Below are positions 9,737 through 19,298 of a stretch of DNA of 39,037 nt, in pieces. The position numbers and the translations under genes were made by a program. Under the pieces are notes generated by a model. It searched no databases. It had not been told where the DNA came from and saw only the letters and a program-made list of their open reading frames with translations. Each line of letters starts with the position of its first letter. The first letter of the stretch is position 1. This DNA comes from a virus. The stretch lies in the UHGV virus genome UHGV-2079062. The stretch is one strand, 5' to 3'.

Positions 9737-11569
9737 CTACCAAAATCGGGTATAGCCAACATCGTGATTTATATCAATGCCACTGGAGCGTGTTTCCGTA
9801 ACCCGCATACCTGGTGGCATATTTATAAATGATACCTTGATCTCACCATCAACTTTTGGCGCGGTAGCTTTATTAATCATGAAGGGATTCGAGCCTGTGG
9901 CATCGGAGGCGTTGTTTGCCTGAGCCGGATCCACCGCCGGATAAGGCGTGTATCCCCGTGCCGGTATTCCCGTCCCATAAGCATCATAAGCACCCGCGCC
10001 CCACTGCGCCGAGTTAATGGTATCGACCGTGTCACCGGAACTGTCGGTAAACCATTCAATAATCGGCTTCAGCTTATCCCACATATCCTGAAACCACTTA
10101 ACAACCGGTCCCCAGTTATTGATCACCATCCCCAGCGGCGACCAGGCAAAAACTTTCTTAAGGAGTTCCCAGCCAGCCTCAAAATAAGGACCAATGGTTT
10201 CCCAGAGCTTCTTGAAATAAGGTCCGACAACATCCCAGTTAGTGATAATTAATCCCGCAGCCAGGGCTATCGCCGTCGCAATCATGCCAATCGGCGTCAT
10301 CGACATGATCCTGCTGACAATGCTGATGGCACTGCCCACGCCCATCAATCCCAGTTTCAGAATCGCAAGACCGGCAGCAAGCCCGACGACGCCGCGAATA
10401 ACCCGGGGATTTTCATCCGCAAACTTCGTGAATTTCTCCCCCAACTCCCCCAGCCACTGCGTGATGTTCTTAGCGTCACCAGAAAATGCGCCGCCAATAG
10501 CCGCAAGGCCGTTAGTTGCGGTCCCCGTCATTGCCTCCCACAGGTTGGACAGCGTACCAAGCTGAGCCTGAACACGTTTATTCAGGCTGGCCTGTTTATT
10601 CATCTTCTGCTGGATCTGATCGTAGCCATCCTTTCCTTTATCGATTAGTGCATTGACCACCTGAAGGGTTTCGGCATCATCACCAAATATTGCCTTAAGT
10701 ACACCGGTTCGCTTAACGTCGGTCAGTTTTCGCAGCTTTGCCAGTTGCCTGAACATGTTATCAAGACCGCCAAAACTCCCTTTGCCATCAGTAAAATCGA
10801 GCTGTACCCCGAGTTTCTGGCGGGCCATGATTTTATTGACGTCCCTGATTTTCTTAACGCTTAATCCGGACTGGATAACTTTTCGCAGGGCATTACCTGC
10901 CGACTCCCCGTTCATCCCCATCTGATCCATCATGACACTGATGGGGGCAAGACTCTGTGCAGCCTGAAGACCGTCCTTATTCACCATCTTCAGAACAGAG
11001 CTGGTTTTAGTGAAGAATGACAGCATGTTGGTATCGTCCACGCCCAGATAAAACGCCTTCTGAATTGTGTCGAACAGCCCCATCATGTCTTCTGAGGCCG
11101 TTCCGGTAGCATCCTGCATCTTTGCGGCAAACTCAGCAGCCGCTTCCGGTGTTTTTTTCAGTTGTACCGCAAGATAAGCTGTCGCTTTACCCACACCACC
11201 AAGAATGTTTTCTGCCGGGATCCCCTGACGCACCAGCATCTGCATCATGTTCTGGAAATCAGCCGTTGTACCGGGTAGCTGGTTACCCAGGCCAATAGCC
11301 AGTTTATTGATGTCCTGAAAGCTCTTTCCAACCTCGCCGTTCGCATCCATCATGGCGACTTTCAGCCCGGTGGCGGCGTTTTCCTGATCAGCATAAGATT
11401 TCAGGGAAAGCGTCAGACCCGCTGCCAGTCCGCCACCAAGCGCCAGCCCACCCTGTGACGCTTCTTCCGCCTGGCGTTTAAATCCCCGGATTTTCTTTTG
11501 CATTTTCGACAGCGCGGGAGAAAGCCTGTCGACACCGGTGATCAACGCCTTAAGCTCAAATTCAGCCAT
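9737..11569 (-). CDS. phage tail tape measure protein
   Basis: 610-aa ORF with Ala/Gly-rich helical N-terminus and hydrophobic central segments; located after the tail assembly chaperone. Confidence 0.85.
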   Translation of the reverse strand: MAEFELKALITGVDRLSPALSKMQKKIRGFKRQAEEASQGGLALGGGLAAGLTLSLKSYADQENAATGLKVAMMDANGEVGKSFQDINKLAIGLGNQLPGTTADFQNMMQMLVRQGIPAENILGGVGKATAYLAVQLKKTPEAAAEFAAKMQDATGTASEDMMGLFDTIQKAFYLGVDDTNMLSFFTKTSSVLKMVNKDGLQAAQSLAPISVMMDQMGMNGESAGNALRKVIQSGLSVKKIRDVNKIMARQKLGVQLDFTDGKGSFGGLDNMFRQLAKLRKLTDVKRTGVLKAIFGDDAETLQVVNALIDKGKDGYDQIQQKMNKQASLNKRVQAQLGTLSNLWEAMTGTATNGLAAIGGAFSGDAKNITQWLGELGEKFTKFADENPRVIRGVVGLAAGLAILKLGLMGVGSAISIVSRIMSMTPIGMIATAIALAAGLIITNWDVVGPYFKKLWETIGPYFEAGWELLKKVFAWSPLGMVINNWGPVVKWFQDMWDKLKPIIEWFTDSSGDTVDTINSAQWGAGAYDAYGTGIPARGYTPYPAVDPAQANNASDATGSNPFMINKATAPKVDGEIKVSFINMPPGMRVTETRSSGIDINHDVGYTRFW

Positions 11570-11710
11570 GTGTGCGTTTCTCCTGCTCTATCCTGTTTGC
11601 CTGACTGACCAGCAAGGGAATTTCACTGATCGGCATATTCAGCAATTCGAAGGGATTAATGCGCCAGTAGCTGGCGCAGTCAAAGAAGCGATCAGTGAGG
11701 TATTCAGCCG

Positions 11711-11980
11711 TCAGGCCTGGAGGAAAAAACCAGCCACAAGCCACGCCGCTGCATTCAGGTCTGCCGGAGACATCTGGTCGACAGAGCTTTGCGGCACTTT
11801 CGCCAGCCGCACAATGTATTTCGACACCACATGCGCCAGAAGTCTGACGGACTCATCCTGATTCATCTGGTAGGGATACCCCAGCTCGCGGACATCCTTC
11901 CCGGTGGGTTCATCAAACTCCAGTACGGAGAGTGTCTCACCATGAGCGATAATCGGTTTCTTTAACTCAAGCTCTTTCAT
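11711..11980 (-). CDS. phage tail assembly chaperone (G-like); -1 frame extension runs to 11562
   Basis: 89-aa ORF between tube and tape measure genes; an overlapping -1 frame ORF (11562..11744) begins at a TTTTTTC slippery heptamer (forward 11723..11729) and ends at the tape measure start. Confidence 0.6.
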   Translation of the reverse strand: MKELELKKPIIAHGETLSVLEFDEPTGKDVRELGYPYQMNQDESVRLLAHVVSKYIVRLAKVPQSSVDQMSPADLNAAAWLVAGFFLQA

Positions 11981-12336
11981 TACTGGTAATCCCCTTCTTC
12001 ACCGTGGAACTCAAGATCAACCGTGCCTTCTTCGGCATTATGGTTCGCTTCTCCGTGCAGCCAGGCGGACGACAATACATAGACCTGACCGTTCGCCAGC
12101 TCGGCAGTGATGGTCATCTCATCAGACGAGGTGATTTTGCTCACCGGAAAATTCTTCGGCACCTTGAAGGTCCCTTTGACATAAGGCGCACGGTGAGTTT
12201 CCTTGCGGTCCACTGAACCGTCCAGGCCGATGATGTCATCATTGACCGTCCTGTTCATGGGCACCTCAATGCCGCCGGTCAGCGATAGCTGCTGACCGTC
12301 AATTTTGAAATAACAGGTTCCCCCGATACGGGCCAT
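11980..12336 (-). CDS. phage major tail tube protein (Mu gp40-like)
   Basis: 118-aa ORF immediately downstream of the sheath gene with ATGA overlap. Confidence 0.75.
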   Translation of the reverse strand: MARIGGTCYFKIDGQQLSLTGGIEVPMNRTVNDDIIGLDGSVDRKETHRAPYVKGTFKVPKNFPVSKITSSDEMTITAELANGQVYVLSSAWLHGEANHNAEEGTVDLEFHGEEGDYQ

Positions 12337-13832
12337 TATGCAGACTCCTCTGAATACTGAAGACGGAACTGGTTAACCACGGCAAAAACACGCAACTGGT
12401 TAACATAGTCAGGCGGGAACAGCGTGTTCAGGCGGTTCGGATCGCTGGCATCACGCTCCACAACCAGGTACTGCTTAAACAGTTCGTAGTTTTCCACGAT
12501 CCCCGCACGCTCAAGCTGACGGTAGGTTGCCAGCAGTTCCCCTTTGATTACCGCCGGGGTGACAATCGCCTGACCGGGACCAAAGCGGGTACCGTCGCTG
12601 GCAAGCTTGTGACGCCCGTACTTACTGGTAATGACGGATTTCAGTTTGCGCAGTACATACGCACTGGTATGCAGCGTCTCGCTGTCGAGGTAGCTGTTAT
12701 CCGCAACCCCGTAAGCATTTTTCCTGTACGTGGTGACATCACGCTGAATGCGCAGCACCCCGCTTTCGACATACGCCGTTGCCACGCCATGAGACAGCAG
12801 GGTCTGCTGCTCGGTCATCGTGAACCGTTTCCCCTTCGGCGCAGGCAGCATACCCACCAGCTCACCGGTCTGCGTGGGACGTGCCGGATCGTTGCGGATA
12901 AACACCGCTGCGCGGGCGGTACGGCTTGCCGCCAGCTCGTCGGCAGGCGTCTGGGTGTCTTTTTCGTACCCCGCCAGGGTAATGTGCTGCTGGTTAAACT
13001 GGTCACCTGCGGTCACCAGTTCTGACAGCGTGCCGATCTTTGCCGTATACACATGACCATACAGCTGACGCGCATAGCTCCAGCGACCGCTGGTATCGTT
13101 CATCTCGGTCACCAGCGTGTTAACGGAGGCCGTGTCGTTGAACGGCAGGCCGATATAATCAAACGGCTCATCCGCCATTGCAGCCACCGCGCCGGTGAGA
13201 ACAGGAGCGCCCGTTCCGGCGTTCCCCGTCGCCACGGCAATCTGTACGCCCGCTGGCAGCACTTCGCCCCCACCGAAGCCGTAGTAATTGAGGCTGACAG
13301 GAATTTCATTCCCGCAAAGCCCCTTATGGCGAGCGGTCAGTGTAACCACACCAGCCGAAGATGAGGCCGTAAACGGCAGGGCCGGAACGGCATTGATGGC
13401 ATCTTTGATACTGCTGGCAATCGTCGCGACGTTATCGCCGTTGGTCACCGGTGCCTGCACGCGGGTACGTCCCACATAAACATTCACCGTGCCGGTTTCG
13501 GTTGCTGCCCCGGTCACCGTCAGCGTAACTGTTGCCGCCGCGCCTGTGGATTCAGGAACGGCAATCACATACAGCTCGCCAAACGGGTCAGTCTGGCGAT
13601 AAGCCTCGACCATACGCGCCAGCTGACTTCCCGCACCACAAATCTGGCGTGCATAGTCTGCCGACGGCATCAGTACCAGACTGTTGGCAACAATCTCTGC
13701 ACCGTTATTGGCATGACCAATCAGCAGCGATGCTCCGCTGTCCTGTGCAGTATTCGCCGCCTGGTTATCCATTTCCGCATAAAACAACGGAACCAGCGTA
13801 TTCGACGGAATGGTGTTAAAGCTTATCGTCAT
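12336..13832 (-). CDS. phage tail sheath protein (Mu L / gp39-like)
   Basis: 498-aa ORF, size and position typical of contractile tail sheath. Confidence 0.85.
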   Translation of the reverse strand: MTISFNTIPSNTLVPLFYAEMDNQAANTAQDSGASLLIGHANNGAEIVANSLVLMPSADYARQICGAGSQLARMVEAYRQTDPFGELYVIAVPESTGAAATVTLTVTGAATETGTVNVYVGRTRVQAPVTNGDNVATIASSIKDAINAVPALPFTASSSAGVVTLTARHKGLCGNEIPVSLNYYGFGGGEVLPAGVQIAVATGNAGTGAPVLTGAVAAMADEPFDYIGLPFNDTASVNTLVTEMNDTSGRWSYARQLYGHVYTAKIGTLSELVTAGDQFNQQHITLAGYEKDTQTPADELAASRTARAAVFIRNDPARPTQTGELVGMLPAPKGKRFTMTEQQTLLSHGVATAYVESGVLRIQRDVTTYRKNAYGVADNSYLDSETLHTSAYVLRKLKSVITSKYGRHKLASDGTRFGPGQAIVTPAVIKGELLATYRQLERAGIVENYELFKQYLVVERDASDPNRLNTLFPPDYVNQLRVFAVVNQFRLQYSEESA

Positions 13833-13986
13833 CGGTGTTCACCTTTTTATTCACGCGCCGGATATCACCCGCGGCTTCACGGCGCAGCCAGTAGTTGTTC
13901 TCGTCAACATTTCGCCCTTCGGCGGGCAAAAGGTCGCCGCGGGCAGGGTCAGGCACTGACCGCCCTTTAACAGGTTTCACAAACAT
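13816..13986 (-). CDS. small phage protein (DUF2635-like) upstream of sheath gene
   Basis: 56-aa ORF (MFVKPVKGRSVPDPARGDLLPAEGRNVDENNYWLRREAAGDIRRVNKKVNTDDDKL) translated by hand; too short for the ORF track; overlaps the sheath start by 17 nt. Confidence 0.45.
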   Translation of the reverse strand: MFVKPVKGRSVPDPARGDLLPAEGRNVDENNYWLRREAAGDIRRVNKKVNTDDDKL

Positions 13987-13994
13987 GATGATTC

Positions 13995-14555
13995 TCAGGA
14001 AGGAAGGGTTATTTCGGTGTGATGTTCGATATCGCCGTCAGGCCCGTTACCGGGATCGAGATAATCAACATCAATCGCCAGCGTTCGCAGTTCATCCAGA
14101 CTGTTCAGGTCATCCTGCTGGCGGGTATCGTCTTCAGTCAGCTCGCTGATGACCGAAAAATCGAACTGATAAATCAGCTCATGACGATTCAGATCCAGCA
14201 GCGTACCGCCGTCATAGGTAATCGGGTTACCGCACGCTTCCGGGTTCCAGCCCAGCAGAGCCTTAAAGAGCATCTGCCGGACATCGTCCACCACATCATA
14301 CGAGGCAAACTGACCGCGCTCATCACGCCCGTTACTCAGTATGACAACCACGGAGAAGCCCTCTTTCAGCTCCTGCCAGTAGTCGGTCTGGCTTTTGTTT
14401 TCTCCCGGAGAGTCATCACCCGGTACCACATATGCCGCCGGGAGCTTCAGCTTTCCGACCTCCGGCAGATTTTTGAACTGGGCCGCGCCTGCAACCCGGT
14501 TTTCAAAATACGGACAGCGGGCACGCAGTGCAGCAATAACAGGCGTCAGTTTCAT
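13995..14555 (-). CDS. Mu gp37-like phage protein (DUF1834 family), tail completion region
   Basis: 186-aa ORF in head-tail joining region; assignment by synteny and recalled family. Confidence 0.5.
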   Translation of the reverse strand: MKLTPVIAALRARCPYFENRVAGAAQFKNLPEVGKLKLPAAYVVPGDDSPGENKSQTDYWQELKEGFSVVVILSNGRDERGQFASYDVVDDVRQMLFKALLGWNPEACGNPITYDGGTLLDLNRHELIYQFDFSVISELTEDDTRQQDDLNSLDELRTLAIDVDYLDPGNGPDGDIEHHTEITLPS

Positions 14556-15058
14556 CTGTGTCGTCGCTCCGGCTTCAGTGATTTACGCAATTCCCGCGCC
14601 AGAAAATAGCGTGTCCAGCTGCGGTTCTTTTCAAGAGTTTCCACCATGAAGTTATTACGTGGAGCCAGTCGCCAGCCGCTGCCACCGGATGCACCACGAT
14701 GATGGCTGCGACGACGCTTTGCCCCTCGCCTCACGCCATAGAACAAAAAAGCCGGATAAAAATCACCGGTGATACGGCGATTTCCCTCTCCATTACGCTG
14801 GTTAGGGGCTATACGTGCCATAAAACCAGGGCGATGTTTACTGGCTCTGGGTACCATGTAACCAATCGAACGAGCCAGGCGTCCGGTCTGATAACCGGGG
14901 TTTTCACCCGGTGCCGACCGCGCACGGCGCATCACCAGCCGACGGGCATCACGCATATGACGCTGACCAATCGTGACAAACGCCCGCCGGACACGGGCGC
15001 GGTTAAAGCGCATCTCCGCGGGCTGCTGAAAATCAACGTGCAAAAAGGAAGTCGTCAT
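14552..15058 (-). CDS. phage virion morphogenesis / tail completion protein (Mu G or HK97 gp10-like)
   Basis: 168-aa strongly basic ORF overlapping neighbours by 4 and 26 nt. Confidence 0.5.
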   Translation of the reverse strand: MTTSFLHVDFQQPAEMRFNRARVRRAFVTIGQRHMRDARRLVMRRARSAPGENPGYQTGRLARSIGYMVPRASKHRPGFMARIAPNQRNGEGNRRITGDFYPAFLFYGVRRGAKRRRSHHRGASGGSGWRLAPRNNFMVETLEKNRSWTRYFLARELRKSLKPERRHR

Positions 15059-15443
15059 TGTTGCCTCCGTGACTCTGCCTACATTCGCCCAGCTCCGTAC
15101 ACTCCAGCAGCAGAAAGCGCCGCGCCCCGTTCAGATCACGCTGACGTTTCACCCGATACACACTGTCATCACAGACCACCTCATAATCAGCAGTGATCCC
15201 CCGGCGGTAGCGAATGGTGATGTAATGGGTGATGGCGTCTCCGATCTGCGCGGTTTCCTGCCAGGTGGTGGCACTGGTCTGGATAACCTTCGCCCATGCC
15301 CGGAACGCAACCGGGTATTGAGGCTCCACGCCAAAGTTATCCGCGGGCATATCCACCCGCTGGCGGATCAGGACGCGTTTATTCAGCTCGCCTGGGTCAG
15401 GCAGAATGTAGGTTGCGCTGGTCTGCGCCTGACGAATTTTCAT
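15033..15443 (-). CDS. head-tail adaptor / head closure protein
   Basis: 136-aa ORF between connector and morphogenesis genes. Confidence 0.5.
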   Translation of the reverse strand: MKIRQAQTSATYILPDPGELNKRVLIRQRVDMPADNFGVEPQYPVAFRAWAKVIQTSATTWQETAQIGDAITHYITIRYRRGITADYEVVCDDSVYRVKRQRDLNGARRFLLLECTELGECRQSHGGNNDDFLFAR

Positions 15444-15763
15444 TGCGGAAAGTACCTGTACGGGCCGACAAGCCAGCCAAAACTCTGCGGCATGTCGAGT
15501 TTCTCCACTTCCGTAACCGACGAGCGGTTTTCGTAAAAATGGCTGATAAGCATCAGCATCCCCAGACGAATATCATCCGGCAGGTGCAGCCCGTCCGGAT
15601 CGCTGTCCGGAATGGTTTTATCCGGTGCATAGAGCTTCCGGTTCAGATACGTTTCCGTCCGCTTTTGTGCCGCACAGGCCAGCAGTTGCAGATGGCGGTC
15701 ATCAGCATCGAAATCCTCATCCAGCCGGAGTTGGGCTTTAATCTCTTCCATTGTCAGAAGCAT
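15440..15763 (-). CDS. phage head-tail connector protein (gp6-like)
   Basis: 107-aa acidic ORF immediately after the capsid region. Confidence 0.55.
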   Translation of the reverse strand: MLLTMEEIKAQLRLDEDFDADDRHLQLLACAAQKRTETYLNRKLYAPDKTIPDSDPDGLHLPDDIRLGMLMLISHFYENRSSVTEVEKLDMPQSFGWLVGPYRYFPQ

Positions 15764-15765
15764 AC

Positions 15766-15966
15766 TCAGCCCTCTTTACTGGTCGTGGCTTTTTTCTCTT
15801 TTGCCGCTTTACTGCTTTTTGCACTGATTCCGCGCTCTGCTAACCCGGCCTGAAGTGCAATCTCCTGCACCCGGGCAGGAAGCGCCCCGTCGTCATACTC
15901 ACCGGCCCGAATGACCTCAACACGCATACCGTCCGGTGACCATTTCAGATCTTGTTTCAGTATCAT
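15766..15966 (-). CDS. small hypothetical head-module protein
   Basis: 66-aa ORF between major capsid and connector genes; Lys-rich C-terminus; function unknown. Confidence 0.35.
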   Translation of the reverse strand: MILKQDLKWSPDGMRVEVIRAGEYDDGALPARVQEIALQAGLAERGISAKSSKAAKEKKATTSKEG

Positions 15967-16015
15967 GATTCTTCACCCGTCAAAACAGGGGGCGCGGTTC
16001 CGCGCCCCTGAATGA

Positions 16016-17221
16016 TTACGCCGCTGCAATCTTCAGCAGTTTGATGGCCTGCGAATCGACCAGCATCCCGCCGGTGCGCTTGGTGGTATAAAAACCGACA
16101 AACGGTTTATTGGTGTACGGGTCACGCAGAATGCGGGTGCCGATACGGTCAACGATGGTGTAACCCCGTTTGAAGTTACCAAATGCAATGGCTTTCGCAT
16201 CAGCGGCGATATCCGGCATCTGTTCGTTTTCAGCGATACCGTAACCCGCCAGAGAGGACGGCTGCCCCAGTTCCAGCCCTGGACGCCACAGATAGTTACC
16301 CTCGCTGTCTTTAAGCAGACGGATGGCAAACAGGCTGTTGTTGTTCATCATGAACTTCGCGCCAGTGCGGTGTGCCTTACGCAGCGTGTAAATCAGTTTG
16401 ATAATGGCGTCTGCGGTCACCGCGGTCGCTTCGCCGGATACAATATGCTGAAGTTTGCCGAACGCCCGGACCTTGTCGGTTTCATCAGTGGATTCATACG
16501 CCAGGAACCCTTTCGGCTTCTTGGTGCCATCGCCTGAGGTAAAGGCAATTTCTTCCTGTTCGGCAAATTCGGTTGCCAGCTCGCTGTTGATCCATGCCTC
16601 CACGTTGAAGAAGGCATCGTCCAGCATTTTCTGGGTAGCCTGCGGGTTGCCGTAGATTTCCCCCATGAGAGGTTCAATCAGCTCCAGTCTGGAGGTGGCA
16701 GTCTGGGATCGCGCGTCAGTCTCGCCAACCCATCCGGAAGCCGTACCGCCCAGATTCACCAGTTTTTTGTAGTCGGAGCCGCCAACGGTGATCACCGTGG
16801 CTTCCTGACGCATCACCACTTCATCTTTCAGCAGGTTAAGAATGTTGCGATCCAGTTCTTCCGGCACGGCGTAGCCACCGTCTTCATCGGTGCCCACCTG
16901 CAATGCCTTACGCTCCAGATCGCGCAGACCGTCTTCACGGCCTTTACGCAGGAAGCCCACAAACGCCTCTTTATGCTCGGTGGCCAGTTTATTTTGCGCT
17001 CCACCTGCCGGACGTTTCAGCTCAAGCAGCTCTTTTTCAAGGTCGCTTTTGAGATTTTCCAGCTCGCTGAGTTTCCCGTTCAGGGTTTCCACCTGCCCGG
17101 CAAGCTTGCCTTTTTCCTGCTCAATCGCATCCACGCGCTTGTCGTTCTTTGCTTTGAAGTCGTCAAACTTCTGCTGCAGCTCCTGCGCGACCTGTTCGAC
17201 ATCTTTAATATCAACCGCCAT
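16016..17221 (-). CDS. HK97-family major capsid protein
   Basis: 401-aa ORF with coiled-coil-like N-terminal delta/scaffold domain followed by HK97-fold capsid region; follows prohead protease. Confidence 0.9.
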   Translation of the reverse strand: MAVDIKDVEQVAQELQQKFDDFKAKNDKRVDAIEQEKGKLAGQVETLNGKLSELENLKSDLEKELLELKRPAGGAQNKLATEHKEAFVGFLRKGREDGLRDLERKALQVGTDEDGGYAVPEELDRNILNLLKDEVVMRQEATVITVGGSDYKKLVNLGGTASGWVGETDARSQTATSRLELIEPLMGEIYGNPQATQKMLDDAFFNVEAWINSELATEFAEQEEIAFTSGDGTKKPKGFLAYESTDETDKVRAFGKLQHIVSGEATAVTADAIIKLIYTLRKAHRTGAKFMMNNNSLFAIRLLKDSEGNYLWRPGLELGQPSSLAGYGIAENEQMPDIAADAKAIAFGNFKRGYTIVDRIGTRILRDPYTNKPFVGFYTTKRTGGMLVDSQAIKLLKIAAA

Positions 17222-17235
17222 CGTATTTCTCCTGA

Positions 17236-17922
17236 TTAGAAGTTCAGATTTTTCAGTGCATTCAGTGCAGAGCTCACATCCTCAGCGTCGCGCAGGGACA
17301 GTGCGCCATAGCCCCCGGCCATGAATGCTTTGGCCTGGGTACGGGAGAGTCCGACATCACGCAGGACTCTTTCGATTTTTTTCTGTTCGGGGATTTCCCC
17401 GCGGGCCAGCGCGTTCTTGACGTCGCTGATCCGCGCCTCGTCGTTAGACGGGAACGTCACCAGACTGACTTCCCAGAGGTCGATTTCTTTCAGCAGAAAG
17501 GCTTCTTTCGTCCGGTCGTATTCCCAGTCTTTCAGGACGTACCCAATAGAAAGGCCGGTTAACGAACCGGCCTTCATGTGTGCATGTGCGCGTTTTGCGA
17601 GGGGATCATCATCAATAAGCAACCGTCCCCTGACGTAAAGCCCGACATCGTCTTCCTTCATTTCGGTGTAAACACCGATGGGTTCATCCATGCGGTGCTG
17701 CCAGAGCAGCGCAGGTAACGCTTTTCTGTCACTCCACGCCCGCAGGGAAGCGGCAAATGCCCCTGACATCACCACATCATCGTGGCTGTCCTTTACACCA
17801 AAGACGGAGCCATACCCTTCAAACTCACCGGAGTCACTGACAGATTTCAGACTCAGCGGTACATCAAGACGTTGTTTCGTCTGCATTGGCGTTATCCTTC
17901 TGCTTACCGGCTTTACTGCCAT
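17236..17922 (-). CDS. HK97-family prohead protease
   Basis: 228-aa ORF between portal and capsid genes; overlaps portal end. Confidence 0.85.
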   Translation of the reverse strand: MAVKPVSRRITPMQTKQRLDVPLSLKSVSDSGEFEGYGSVFGVKDSHDDVVMSGAFAASLRAWSDRKALPALLWQHRMDEPIGVYTEMKEDDVGLYVRGRLLIDDDPLAKRAHAHMKAGSLTGLSIGYVLKDWEYDRTKEAFLLKEIDLWEVSLVTFPSNDEARISDVKNALARGEIPEQKKIERVLRDVGLSRTQAKAFMAGGYGALSLRDAEDVSSALNALKNLNF

Positions 17923-19105
17923 CGGAGGGTTTCGTGGTCATGTTCATCGGTGTGAGATAGACATCACCACCGGGACGCGGATTCATATCTTCCAGGTCGC
18001 GGCAGTCATTGGGAGAGTAAATTCCCCAATTGATCCCGGTAGCGTAGGCTTCAAAACGGGACTTCATATCCCCACGCAGTAAGGCCCCGGCGTTAAATTT
18101 GGCGTAATAAACGCCCTGCTTACTTTTTCGTACCAGTCCGGTGTTGATCCGCTGCTCAATGCGGGTCAGATACGGCACCAGTGAATAGTTGATAAATCCC
18201 AGCCCCAGCTCTTCGATATTGTTGAAGGTGGCGCGATCGGTGTTCTGCACCATGTGCAATGGCACCCGGAACAGACGACAGATTTCTTCAAGCTGAAACT
18301 TGCGGGTTTCCAGGAACTGGCTGTCCTCGGCGTTCAGCGCCATCGACTTCCAGTCCAGCCCCATCTCAAGGATCATCGGGCGGTGAGCATTGCCAAGCCC
18401 GGTGTGACGCTCCTCAAAATCTTTCTTCAGGCGCTCATAAGCCTGATCTGACAGCGTCTGCTCTGTACGCAACACACCCGACGTCACCGCGCCATTGCTG
18501 AACAGTCTGGCCCCGTGCTCTTCGGTCGCTGCCGCCAGCGATATTGCCTCGCGGGCATAGGCGATGGGATTCAGCCCCACCAGTCCGTCCAGCGTCAGCG
18601 TGCGCACATGCCAGATATCTTCCTGGCTCAGTACATCCGTGGAGCCATCCGGGAATGTGACCTGATAGACCGGCTCCCAGCTACTGTTAAGCTTCGGTAC
18701 CACACAGCCGGGATCGACGGGCAGCAGTTCAGCCACTTCGCCAAATGCTTTCACTTTGTAGGCGTAAAAGTTTCCCCGCAGGCACAGACAGGTGACCACC
18801 AGCTCCCAGAACTCCTGCGGCGTCATATAGCCATTGGGATGCGTGGAGATCAGCTTATGCAGACGTTCGCCAGTGGCTCTCTGCTTCAGGCTGCCGTTCA
18901 GGTGATACAGGTTGCAGGGCAACATCCCGACCGACTCCGCCAGCACCCTGACACAGGAAAAAACCGCCGTCAGTCGCATGGCCCGCTGGCTGCTGATCTG
19001 CTTTCCGGTATAGGTGTCGTAGGACAACCCGATAGCCTCCGCCAGCTCTGCTGGCGTGGTCACCGGTGCGTCACTTTTTCGTTGAAATAATCCCGAAAAG
19101 AACAC
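17864..19105 (-). CDS. phage portal protein (HK97 family)
   Basis: 413-aa ORF downstream of the terminase. Confidence 0.9.
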   Translation of the reverse strand: MFFSGLFQRKSDAPVTTPAELAEAIGLSYDTYTGKQISSQRAMRLTAVFSCVRVLAESVGMLPCNLYHLNGSLKQRATGERLHKLISTHPNGYMTPQEFWELVVTCLCLRGNFYAYKVKAFGEVAELLPVDPGCVVPKLNSSWEPVYQVTFPDGSTDVLSQEDIWHVRTLTLDGLVGLNPIAYAREAISLAAATEEHGARLFSNGAVTSGVLRTEQTLSDQAYERLKKDFEERHTGLGNAHRPMILEMGLDWKSMALNAEDSQFLETRKFQLEEICRLFRVPLHMVQNTDRATFNNIEELGLGFINYSLVPYLTRIEQRINTGLVRKSKQGVYYAKFNAGALLRGDMKSRFEAYATGINWGIYSPNDCRDLEDMNPRPGGDVYLTPMNMTTKPSDGSKAGKQKDNANADETTS

Positions 19106-19287
19106 TATTTACCTCCGCCGACAGACGACTGTGTACGGTCGAGATATCGCGCCACCAGCCACGACCAGAACAGGCACAACGCCCCGGCAACAACAAACCC
19201 CGCCGGGGGATAAATCAGCCAGGCACCATACGCCAGCAAAAGCGCCCCCAGCACGCCCACCAGAGGCGCGAGAATCAGCATGATCAT
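19105..19287 (-). CDS. small hydrophobic protein (two predicted TM helices) between terL and portal
   Basis: 60-aa ORF with GAGGT ribosome-binding site 7 nt upstream; stop overlaps portal start. Confidence 0.4.
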
Positions 19288-19298
19288 AATTACCTCAG

